Assembly (NCBI GenBank): GCA_950097015.1
Contig: CATNEN010000029.1
Span: 3,658,001 to 3,722,000, forward strand
Direction of reading: 5' to 3'
DNA length: 64,000 bases
DNA from: Macrostomum hystrix
Lineage: Eukaryota > Animalia > Platyhelminthes
Part shown: piece by piece, positions 14,401 through 27,000 of the stretch
Numbering within the stretch: position 1 is the first letter of the stretch
Layout: each line of letters opens with the position of its first letter
The notes under the pieces: generated by a model
Databases searched by the model: none
What the model saw: only the letters and a program-made list of their open reading frames with translations
Told to the model about the DNA's origin: nothing
Program-made: the position numbers and the translations under genes

Positions 14401-17400
14401 TGAAGAGTAGGACTACCAAACCATTTTGTGCCACCCGTTTTTCTATACTAAGGGGGATGAATTTCCTCCCTGAAATTTTTTTGGCAGCGCCTGAATGATA
14501 ACAGCGTTGGGTGCTGACTGATTGGTTGATAGACTAGATGATGGTTGCCCGTGGTTGAGCTGCGCTCAATATTTAGGTTTGATGAGTAAAATTGGAGAAA
14601 TTCCTATCTCCACCATCGTGACCTATCTCCACCTCATGTTGCCCTTGAAGGTCTACCAGTCCGTCTAGATAAAGGTAGGTCACCACCAAAGACGAATATA
14701 ATGCAGGCACATTCGGGTGACATGCTGATAAATTTTGAAAGCCTCGCAAGGCCGCACTGAGGTGCAGTGTTAATTTGTTTATAGGGTTGTGTGAACTACA
14801 CTAGCGCTTATGAAAAAATCCGACCTTCGGCCATAACATTTGAATATCTTGACGGTCTGAAGAGCTCGGGACTTGATTCTTGTTCCAGAAGATGAGCAAC
14901 AAAAATAAATTAGGGATAAATCATCTAAAAACAATTGTTCCTCTCGCATTTGAGCCTCATGGCCTCAAAGTCTCACGGCTGTAAGTGTTTACCGTCTTTG
15001 ATCATGCATCCACGGAAGAGAAACGATGCCACAGTGGTGGGGCTCGTGATGAAGACGACGCGAACCTCATTCGTCCGAATCAAGTGTGGCAGGGACTGAT
15101 TAAATCCGTTTGACGAGTCAAAAACCTGCAGTTGATGAGGTATGAAGCTGATGTCTTTTAGTCAGTATTTTACAAGAACTTCATCAGTTTAAATGCGAGG
15201 AAGTTATTTGTTTTTATCTGTATATATTCTATATATTTATAAATTGGAACAGAAAAAACAGCAGAACGAATGTCCAATAATTTTGTACTCACCGTAACTT
15301 TTCCGAGCACAGTAAAGTTGACAAACTCCCAGGTGCGCATGTGCCTGAACTGGAGAATGAACTTAATAGGGCTGCTGGCATTCAACGCAAAGCCGGAAAT
15401 ATGGTAGAAGGTCTTGTATCGATAGCCTATTGTGTCAATCGACGGATTTGAGAGTGTTGCTGATTACTGTCAATTAAATCGCAATCTGGAAGTTTTTAAA
15501 CAAAGCAATTCTGGTTGAAATAAATCCATGCTTTCAATTTATTATGTAATTTAGTTCTTGTTACTGATTCCGGCCCATTCAACGCACCGTCAGGATAGCC
15601 CAGGATCTCAAATTTTGCGACACGTCGAGTGTAGAAGTCAACTGGACGAAACTGGATAATCTTGGCCTTAAACGGCACAGAAACGTCCATCCTCAGCTGC
15701 ATAGCGTCATTGTGGAACTTATTGAACTGGTGCTGCAGGAGGAAGGATACAAAGCCATATAATCTATTGTTTATCGAAAGAAAAAAGTTTGAACAAAAAT
15801 CTCAAGTATTTACATCAACGTAGCTGTTGCTCGTCTGAAATGACCGAACTGGAACTAGCGTTCTTGGATCATCACCGTAAAATATTTTGAAGCTCCGGAC
15901 ATAAGCACGCCAATTAGCCTGTCCTGTCCATCATCGATGAGCCTTGAATAACGAATCCCAGGATTGTGTGGCTGACAGTCAAATAAATATTGATGGGGTA
16001 CTCTGAAACGTGTTTTGTGATGTGCATATTTTTGTACCCTTGCCTCCTAAACATATGGAGACATATGTCTCTCCTGAATTAATCAGCTCCTTGTTTATGC
16101 CGCGAACCTACCTGAGTGAAAAAACATTCCGGGCGGCTGACGAGGCTTCTTGGGTGCGTTAAGCCTAAACATGTACGGTGAGGGATAAATTGATGGATCC
16201 GCGTTGGATGGCAGCGGGGTGTCTTGTGGGTCCAGCTGGTTCAGCTCAATGATGCGTCCTCCATGCCGATGGGATTTCCGATCAAGTGGAGCTGGCCTGA
16301 GAACAGTGCGATAAAATCACAGGAATCAAACAACCCAATCAGAGAGATTTCTCAATATCGCAACTGGCGCACTCGTACTCACTGACTGCTGGGAAGCCGT
16401 AGCCTCAAACTCTGCGAAGCTGAGCCGTCTTCTGTAGTCCGACAGCTTGCGGATTCCAGCAAAGTAAGCTACCTGAAGAGAAAGGGCTGTTTAATGAGAC
16501 TCTTGAACTTACTTATTGACAATCTGCTCATCGCACCTTGTCTGTATCGACAGTCCACACGTGCTCTCTCAGGTAGCCGCTGCCGCGGCTTTCGATCACT
16601 TGCACACTCGAGTGAGTGATAGACGACGAGTTCGATACAAAGATTTCCGCGAAGTCCAGCTCCTCATAGTCTGCGGGTTAGTGTTTCAGTTTAGATTTTA
16701 GTGTTATTTAACGGTGAACGGATGGTCGCACTAGCTGGAGTTTTAGTTTGAGTTCAATGCGTTTTGAAACTAATTTTTATGCACAGCGCGTGCCTAGAAA
16801 CTGTTTAATTAGCAATTTACAAATTGACTTTTTCATTCTGATAAAAACTTATACGAGCTAAAAACACATTTTGATACATTGGCCTCTAGCCGTAGAATTA
16901 CTGAGGGGTTTGCTGTGCCTGAACGGAAAAACTCAGGCACATAAAGTTCTTGAAAATAAGCACATGTTCAAAACTGTTTTTTGCACTTGTCCGCAAACTT
17001 TGTTGCAGAAACCCTCTGAAATAATAATTGCCATGTCAGCAAAATGTATTGACACTCAAGATTCAGATTCTGACAAACGATTCTGACAATTTCTATAAAC
17101 GCTAATGAATTCTGATCATCAATATATCACCTCAGTTACGCTCGTATGTGTGCAATGTTGAGCTTCAGCGGAAGCTCCATCTGACTATAAAACCTTCATT
17201 GCTGATTTCCTTCGTTTTCGCACATGAAGCCATGGAAAGTTCATATGACCAGTTCTAACAAAAATCACCTTCCCATAGTACTAAAACGGGAAGGAAAATG
17301 CATAACAGGAACCTATCCTAGTGTTTTAATTGCATTCTTTACGTGCCACCTGCAGGAGTAGCACTGTCTCATCTAAGAGTGAAGCATTTAGAGGATGTTT

Positions 17401-18049
17401 AATAGTTCATTATGTGAATGTACGTATATCATTTTGGACCTCACCAAAGCGCAAATTATTCCGTGAGCAGGCGAAGATCTGGCAGGTATCGAGCGTGACA
17501 CTCGGGTTGGTTGTGTAGCACCAGAACCTGTTTGTTGCGTCACAGTTGCGGCCAGTAGTTTACAGAAGCTGATCGGTTGTTGCCTGGGAAGTAGCCAGCA
17601 TTTTGGCAGTCGGAGTTGGGTACGAATGGAGAATTGCTTCCCCAATTCTGGCAGGTGTAGCCCGATGATGTGACGTTTTGCCGGCCAAAGTAGCCAATTC
17701 GACTGGCCGCATCTCCACACACGTCCTCCCCCGTATGCATCTTGAAATTTCGAACATTTTTGAAATTCATTGGACATTAAACATGTAGACCTTATTCTTT
17801 ACGAATACATCTTGCTTGACATAATCATTATTTCAATTAAGTTCTTTGAGGAATGGAATCTGCACAGCCTCTCCCTAAGTCAAGCCTTAAGAAGCGGAAT
17901 GAGGGCGCTCAGAAAGGAATGAAACTTTATCTTTAACTTTAACTTTAACTTTAAACTTTACAGCTCTCAGATGAGGAAAAGATAAGTCTAGGACTCCCAG
18001 ACTTGGCAATTAGCCGAGAGATCATCAATGATGTTTGACTCCTTTTTAA

Positions 18050-18084
<35 letters not shown>

Positions 18085-21000
18085 TGACACTAGACCCAAG
18101 GGCCAGTGCAGGTGTTGTGTGTCAAGCACACTAGCAGGTGGGGACTGCACACCTATTGTACTCCCTGGCTCTCTCGGACACCGGTTGACAGCCGCGTGTC
18201 AGCAATGGAATTTATTTTTTCCAAACATATCGGCAGCATCCAAATCCCACAGAATTGCCGCAAAGATCTGCTTTATTCCACGCCAGCCGGAATTATTATT
18301 ACCCGACGAAATGTCGGCACTCATTTGCAGCTGAGCAGACTGTGTGCACATCAGGGCAAAGCAGCTTGCCAAAGGCTGCACGAATAGTTCTAGACTATTC
18401 GGGAGTCGAACCCAGGACTATCCGATCCAGAGGCCGACACCTTACTGACTGAGCTATTCGCCTTTTTTAAGTGGTTGCTTTTTTAACTATTCTAATAAGC
18501 CATGGTAATATTGGGAAGTAAGACTTGTCATTTAAAGTGTGCTTACCAAGTTCTTCAATCAGATCCACAACTCGAATTCGCTTAATCACAGTTGGATAAG
18601 CAAAATCGATAAGCCAGTAGTGGTATTGATCAACATAGTCCTGGTAATAAGTTACAAACGATTGACCATATCCAAAGAACATGTATGCATTGCCGTCGTT
18701 GCCTCTCTCTGGACTGCCATACGAGCTGAAGTAGCGATACTTGAAGCTCGACACCAAGTAAGGCAAGATTGAGCCACTCGTTACTGAAATTTTGAAGAGA
18801 GTCCTATTTTATTTTTATGCAATCTTAATGGGTAGCCTTTTTTAACTGTGCCTTTAGCAATTAGCCGAGAGATCATCAATGATCTCTGATCGGCCAATCA
18901 GAGAAAGCAATCAGAGAAAGTGCGCCAGTTGCGATATTGAGAAATCTCTCTGATTGGGTTGTTTGATTCCTGTGATTTTATTCGCACTGTTATGGCCAGT
19001 GTGTCACAGACAGGCCAGCTGAGTTAAAGTGATTTTAACTTTTCCGCTCACCATATGGGCAGCCGTACAGTTGAAGTTTCATTTCGTTCTGTGTTTGAAA
19101 AGTAGCCGGGAAAACTCTCAGAGCGAGTGCGAGAAGATCTGGCAGAAACCTCAGACTTGCCGCCTGGCGAGTTTGCCTCGGTCCAACCAGAATCTGGGAT
19201 TTTGGCATGGGACTCGAATAAAATCTTAGATCAATCGTATTCTTGCTATTCTTGTATATGAATTTTATAAAGCTAAAATCGAATGATTTTTCAATTCATT
19301 TTAAACCTTACTGCAATCATTTAAATTAGCTTTCTAGAAGTATTATTATTTTTCTAATCGAAGCAAGACTCCTTCCATCAAAGTTGGAGGCTAGGAAGTA
19401 ATTGTATCGGATTGTCATTTTACCATGCCGTTGTAGAGCGATCTCCAGTAGCGCGCATCCTCGCTGTAATACACGTAGTAGCTCAGTATGTTGGTCCATG
19501 CACCTGTGAGCACGCTGATTCCCGGCCCACCCTGTAGGGTAATCCCACTGCAGCCTCACGAACTTGTCAAAAGTTGCCTGAATTAAGGCGTGGTTTTAAG
19601 TAAATATGTGAGTTCTATACAATATCTATCAGCATTTGGGTATTTTAAAAACTAAAGAAATTGCTTCAAACCTGTAGATAGACTCGCTCTTGAAAGTAAT
19701 AATTTTGTGGTCGGTACGTAGACAGAGTCTTTGCGCTCCTCACATTGAAGTACAACTTGATGCTGTTCCCTGAATCCACTACGTCGTTGGAGTACCCAAT
19801 CTTTTTTATCGGGATGGCGTGTCGGGAGTCCGTCGATTGGCCGATCAGCTGACCGTTGAAATATGTGAAAAACGAGGTCACATTATTTGCTGTGTCCCAG
19901 GTGATGCACACATTCGCAAAGTCCTGCGTATTGTGCATTGCTGAGAGGTTGAGCGTGCTGTTCAGCACATCCAGCACGTACGCAGTCGGGTTGTTCACAG
20001 AGTAGTCCTTATTCTCCACTTGCGCTCCAGCGTACCTGACCTGGTTCGCCCCATCGCCTTGCAGCAACAACACGTAGCGGCGCTGAAATTTTCCAGTAGA
20101 TAATTACGAGATTATATTTTGAGGACTAAAGAATATTTTCATGACTACGCTCGTCATTATTTGTCTGTATCAAGGTCCAAAAGCAGTCTGAATATGTGAC
20201 TGATGCAAAAGCATTCAGAATGTGGTATGCTACGAGCGGTGTTCCAAAGAGTACCGATTTCTCTGCTTCTGTCTTCCAGAAACATGTATTTGCCTGTATT
20301 TCCTGTAGGAGGATCAGCTTTTGAACTTTAGAAAATTTCTAAAGTTCTAAATTTCCACACAAAATTTAGGTGTGGAAACGACTTGTACGCCGAGACGATG
20401 ATGACCCATCTAGACAGGGATTTGTTAGTTGCTTCACTGGTTGTGGAGCAACAGTCGAGTCGCACTATAAACTTTATTATTGCTGTTACTCTGGCTAGTA
20501 GCAGGTACAGTCAGCTGGAGGTTAAGGTACGCCGCGTTTAAAACTGGGCAATTGACATACAGTCCACCCACAATCCCTGAGTTAAAACTCCACGGCTGAA
20601 GTTTTTACGGCCGAGATTGCAACTAAGATCAAGCTATAAACTTATTAAAGCTTATCAATTGTGTTTTATGATCATGATTAATGGTTGTGATTATGATTAT
20701 TGTTTTTATTCATTTTTTTATTTTCATTACTATTATTGGCGATAACTAATAAGTAGCGTCAAGAATATCCTGCTCACATTAGTCATGGCTTCCAAGTAGC
20801 CGTACTGGTCCGTGAACCAAATTTTGGCCAATCGATTGCGAATCAGCAAGTTGAATGTGACGTTATTCGTCTCCAGAGCAGTTGATATCGTCTCATCTGG
20901 CATCCAGCCGACTCTCAAGTCGACAGACTCATCGTAGTCATAGTCTGGATAAAAATGATTTAATAAAATAATAAAATAATAAAAGCTTTCTAAGAGTCAA

Positions 21001-24000
21001 CGTTGATTTGAAATCAAATCGCGTAAGGAAATAAAGTAGAAAGTGCTTACACTCCTCTGCAAACACAAAGATCTGATCGACTCGGAAGAAGCCGAAATCA
21101 GCCGGCTTGGTGAGGACTAAGTATTGACCCAGCATAACTCTCGAGCAGGTGAAGCTGTACTCTGTGAGGCTGCTCACAGGAATCTCCAGTGTGTCACAAA
21201 TAGGCCAGCTGAGGAAGGCGCGCTCGCCTAGCGATGAGTCATAGCTACTGCTGACGCGCACGTGGATTGGGTACTGGCCTGCTGTCGCTGTAAGTTGTGA
21301 AGGTATGGATGGGTGTGCATTGAATGCGCTTGGCCAGCTAAATCAGCCTATCTATTTATCTCCTTCTCTGAATGCCGTTAAGTAATAAGTCAAAACTAAA
21401 CATTGTATAACACACACACTATCAAGAGGAAGCCCGTTTTTAACAGCTTATAGACTCCCTGATAGAAATCTTAAGCCACAGAAAGGCCACATACGGCTCT
21501 GAAAGTCGACTCCGGCAATCGTGTGCAGCAGCTTCAGATCCACCAGGACGAAATAGAATTCCGTTGCATCCACAAACGAAGCCTGGTTGCTGGTGTAGAT
21601 GTTGAGAAATCCACCGGAGTTGGCGCTGTTGGAGACGTCTCTGCCATTGAAAATCACGGTTTTGAACAGCGCCGCATTGTGGCCCTGCAGCAGTCCCGTA
21701 TTTGGTCGGTAGTAGTGAACTGAAAGACGGGTAAAAGATATGCGAATACATGCATTGGGTTTGACGTAAATATTTTACTTGGAAGGACTTTTATGCACGA
21801 GGCGCACGTGCTACAAGCGCGTGTGGAGAATCTTGCTATCGTAGCAGTGTACGAGCTTAGGTTTTGTAATCATTTTTCTTAAAATCTAAGTAGTAGATAT
21901 GTACAGTTACGAGCTAATAGGTAACTTTAGACTTCTTAACATGGTCGTATTGAGCAGCATGCAATGTGGCAAATCTCTGATGTCCTATGGATGCTCTACA
22001 GCCACTTGTTGATATCATAGCTGAGAGCAGAAAGGGCCGTAGCGATGCCTATGGAGAGATGCTTTCATCGTCGAAAACAGCGCGTACTGAGAGCTAGCTC
22101 AAAGCCCAGTCTCCTGCTGATGCCCAGAGTTGCTGCACAATTAAGCATCATTCCCCTAGTGATCTTACCAAGCCGCTTAGTTTTGATACATTCACTTCGC
22201 AGTTTCCTAATTTTACAGCAGGCTTTCGATAGAATTGAATATAAGCATGTGTGCGTGAGCATCAGCTAAAAATGGCAGTTTTAATTTTTTAAAGAGAGAC
22301 ACGCAGGGAATATTACTTGTGTATATTTGTCAATGAATTTAAGGCATAATTATCTTTCATGGTAGAGTCACAGCAGTGTTACACTCTGGCTAAACTATAT
22401 GTCTGAACGCCTCCACCCTAGATAAGCGAATAATATTAAGAATAGAGCGAAGTGTAAAGAACACAGGAACCAAGAAAAAAACACTGGTTACGTATGCGAA
22501 CATAAATAGCAAATTTAGAGCCTTCCTAATCGCCTGGTCATTTTGTCTGGCTAAATGCAGAATAAATTTTCTGTCAGTATATAATCATTTGGGGGGGATA
22601 CGATTTAAACATTCATTTATAAAATACATACAGAAACTCACAGCAACTTGAATCAGTGCATACTCCCGTCCCGCCTGTGACTTTATTGCATAGCGGTAAC
22701 TCTGATGTTGATCCTGATTAAAAAGTGAATTGATAAACTCTTTTAGATGAATATATCTTTCGTTTTGTACAATTTTTAAGCATAAAATATTATTCGATTG
22801 CGTACGGCTAATGCACTGAGAGCCTGTGTTCAAGTTGCCCGTGACACCCGAGGTCCACGCTGCGCACGCGATGCCGTCCCGGGTGACGTTCAGGTCATGC
22901 AAGAAGAAGTCGGAGTCGCCTCTGCTGAACACACAGGGAACTGAAAACGAGGAATAATTTACAATAAACTATTTTGTATTCACCTAAAAACTTTGCGAAT
23001 GTTCAAAGTTAGCTACTTCTAGTGCGAACTGCATTGCCGACAATGGCATCCTCCGGCTTGTTGAAAGAAGATCGGCCGCTGCCACTCAGCGACGCTGTCA
23101 GGATGCCGGGAATTCCAGGCAGCAGAGGCTGCATGCAGGCTGAAAAATATGGCAAAAGTTACAGCATTTAGAAGTTCTCCTGTCTTCAACCCTAATATAT
23201 AATAATGTGTAAATAGTTTTATGCTTGCAATTCGTCTTTGACATTACCGTGATCAACGCAGGGAAAGTGCTGCATGATGTTTGCGGCTGACATATCAGGA
23301 GGAGAGGACAGTGGATTGGACGTAAAGATCCAAAATGTTCCCGCATCAGGCTGAAAGCTAGTCGATTGGTTCATAAAGAATTCATCCATGAAGAGCACAT
23401 CATTGTGCGCCGCTCTCTGGTTAATGTCAGTTTCTGTGTTCACCCTGAAGTCATCGTTACAACCTGAGCACATCGATGGGTGCATGTAGTACACCAGCGG
23501 ACCCTTGTTGCACAGATTTGGTCCTGAAAGATTTTTTATTACACAGCTAGAATTCAGACAGAAAACTGAAGTAAACTAAGAGGTAGTTGTATACGAATAG
23601 ATATTCTTAGAGTAACGTGTTTGACGTACGCTTCAAGCTAGGAACTTCGCAAACAAAGTACAGACTGACAGACGTGCTTGACAGTGGAATCAGTCCATTA
23701 TACCAGGGGCGCCAAGCAGCATGCAAATTTCCTGCCTTCTCAGCAGCCCAGGATCCATCGCTCACCGGATCCCCATCAAACCACTCCCAATTTCCGGTGC
23801 TGGAATTCCTTCGTACGCCGATATGCACGGACCAATCATAGCTGAAATGAAAATATTTTCGAGATCAAAATATATAAGTTCAGCAATATGAGAAACTGTG
23901 CATGATCAAAATCGGATTATTCTCACTATCTCCCCAAAATGTAGTTCATCTTCATTGCATCTTTTGGCATGAACAATGTTCCTCTCTTTCCTCCCCATCG

Positions 24001-27000
24001 GTAAGTTTGAGAACAGTGACTCTGTGCCGCGGTCTGAGTCGCAGCCACTGTAATGATGCGAACACAAACATCAAAGTGAGGTGTAAATCCATCGGGACAC
24101 TCGTTGGTCATCTTGCCAAGCAGACTGAACTCATCCGGTGATAGACTGCCATTGACTATGTGAAAAGTTAGTTTTAGCGGCTGCAGAACTTGTGGGAAGT
24201 AAAGACTTTGATTCGCAGATTTAACAGTAAACTGCAATCGATGGGAAAAATGGAGGGACACTGAAAATGCTAGAAATATATACAAGGGTAAACTTATTCA
24301 AACATTTGCAAAACATTCTAGAAAGCGCACCATCCAAGTGGTGTTGTACACCTTGAAGACCTCATCCTCTCCAGCCAGCTCCTCAAAGCTCAAATAAAAC
24401 CTAAGAAGATCTGTTGTCTTTCTATTGAACTGCATGAAGTTCAGATGATAAATATACTTAAATGACACTCGCAGTGTTGATCCATCGACCATCGTCTTGT
24501 TCATATATTCTTCAGGAATCATGGTGCTGTCTGGAAGTGGAAGTAGAAGTGCAGTGGTTGTCAATGTCAAAATGAAATATTGAAATGGAATTTCTTCTTA
24601 CTTGTGTCGTTAGGGAAACCAAGGAAATCGAATTTAATGGCGGTCCGTCCTATCGATGACTGTGTGTCAACCCGCACGATTTGGGCTTGAAAAGGGTTGG
24701 TGAAAACCTCTCTTCTGCGCTCAATCTCGTCGCGTGGGCCATCAAAATTCACCTGCAGGTTTTATTTTTTGGAGCATGAAAATCTATGGCAGAAAATAAG
24801 TAAACACAGCTATTGTAGCATAATATTCGTGCGTTATCTAAAAACGGCTAAAAACGAAGCAAAGCATTTTGCTGTTCCAGGCATCAAATATTAAGATATT
24901 CACTTAAAATTTAAATTTCGGCTTGATTAACAAACGCAAGCAATTGAATTTGAAGCATGCATTTTTTCTTCAGTATTTAATTTGTCTAAAAAGAACAAGC
25001 TGTGTTTAAAAAATCTTAAAACAAAACATGGCATTAAATAACAATGCTTACAATGTTGTTATTCTCCAAGTCCCTGTAATAGTTCAGCATGTCCTGTCGC
25101 TTCTCGTAGGCGTACAAGATACGCAATGACGTGAAGCGGCCATAGTACGGGTAGTACATGGACGAGCCCTGTACGATAAAGCCTGTGATGGTGTAGACGC
25201 AAGGGAAGTACACATCAAAGTAGCCGTTTCCGTACAGGTACAAGGCAAAGGTGAACGCCTCATCCCCAGCGAACTCCAGCGGGAGTGAGTACACATCACC
25301 GGTCAGCGCGGTGTACGGATAAACGCGACTGGCGTGCACGGCGGTGGCTGGGAACCGGGAGCCCAGGCCTGTGCGGACGAACACGAGCTCAGAGAGCTGG
25401 TCACCAGGGCTGCCTGTGGGTTGAATAGATTTGATTGCAAAAGCGTTACCCCATGTCGTACATATATATGTGCCTCTTTCGTTAATTATCATAAAAACTG
25501 CATTACGGGTCTGTCATGTAAAGAGTTCCATCAATTATATTCTCGATTAGAAATGTCGCTCTTTTGCTTTTTTATGTACCGTATAACAAAATATTTGTTC
25601 GTGATAACAAACTCGTGTAGAACTTCTTAGGAACGAGTGTAATATTTTAATTATGTAGTTTATGCGCAATCGACAGTCTTTTGAGCTATTGCTTCAAAAA
25701 GCATAAATAAAAATTTATATGATTATGAACTACGCATAAGCTGCAAGTCGGTATGAATTTTATTAATGATAATGAAAAACTAATAATAAGAGTGCAAGAC
25801 ACGAAACTGAGTTCAAAATACTCACCAAGTGGGTAGCCGTACACCTCAATCTCGCAGATAGTGTAGTAGATATAACTGCCTGAGTAACTAGCAACACCGA
25901 CGTATCGCGCTGACTGTAAAAATGTATTTAAGCAAGTACTAGGCCATCCGATAATTTGATTGGAAACTTCAAGTATAACTATGGATTAAAAAATAGCAAA
26001 CGAATGACTGACGACTTACTCGAGCAATATTTACGAGCCAGGGCTGTGGCACAACCTCGTTTCCAACAGAGCCAACTACAGTTCCGGAGCTCCCAACAAA
26101 CGTTGAGTTCGAAATGTACATTCTTGTGAACTTGTTTACTTCGCTAGTCACAACACCTGTATATTTCGATACTTCATGTATTGAACGGTTTACTATTCGA
26201 TTTCTCATCACCGAGAAAAAATATCTGATCACTTACCGCTGTCATCGTCTGTCTGTGCCCAGACATATACTTTATCGATGTATCTTGGAAAAACCAGGTC
26301 GATGGCGATGTATGGGTTCACGTGGTAGTGTCTCCAGCAACCCGAGCTGAAGCTTGGAGACCGGTTCTGGTCAATGACACCTCTTTCGCTGTATGAAGTC
26401 ACACCCGAGCTGCGGACAGCTTGGTAGTTTGATATTATCACGGACTGCTGAAACTGCAAGCTGTGCTTCGCTGAAAATTGAATGCAAAAGAGTGTCGCAT
26501 ATTAGTTGCCATATGGTGATTCATTGACTAATATTTCTGTCCATTGCCAATTCTCTGATAATAATTGATTAACTTAAGACTCAAATCTTTCAGATGGATG
26601 CAGATGAATCATGTTAATCTGCTTAATTTCATAAGTGGAGAGTGGCATAGCTACTCTGAGTTAGTGTACGCGGCGGAGGAGGGCAGCCCGTTTATCGATT
26701 GGCTGCTATCTCTCTCTCTCTCTTGGGTGAGCGCTTGTGCCCCTACCCCCAGCCCTTGTGATTGTAATGCCCTGCGCGGGGTGCCTCTCTCGCCCTCGTG
26801 TGCTCATTTTTCGCCAGACCATAAACCGAAACAGTGAAAATACTGAGGTGGACGGCCTAGAGAGCTGCACGGCACGCGAGTTAAGGCGAGTGCTTGATCA
26901 ACAAGGTCTGTCGAAAGCCGGAAAAAGGCGATCTTGCTGGAACGCCTTCGATTGGCTCGTCGCTACGACAACAGCAAGACGCGTGCAACAACAACCAACG

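Noticed and set aside
14857-14996. Hammerhead-like CTGAAGA-GCTC..GAGC
   Set aside because: The GAA core is missing and it would need a loop of about 90 nt.
16137-16170. Hammerhead-like CTGACGA-GGCTT..AAGCC-TAAAC
   Set aside because: G12 is replaced by T, stems I and III do not form, and it is antisense to a coding exon.
20395-20582. C/D snoRNA (ATGATGA..CTGA)
   Set aside because: The boxes are about 180 nt apart with no terminal stem or guide evidence.
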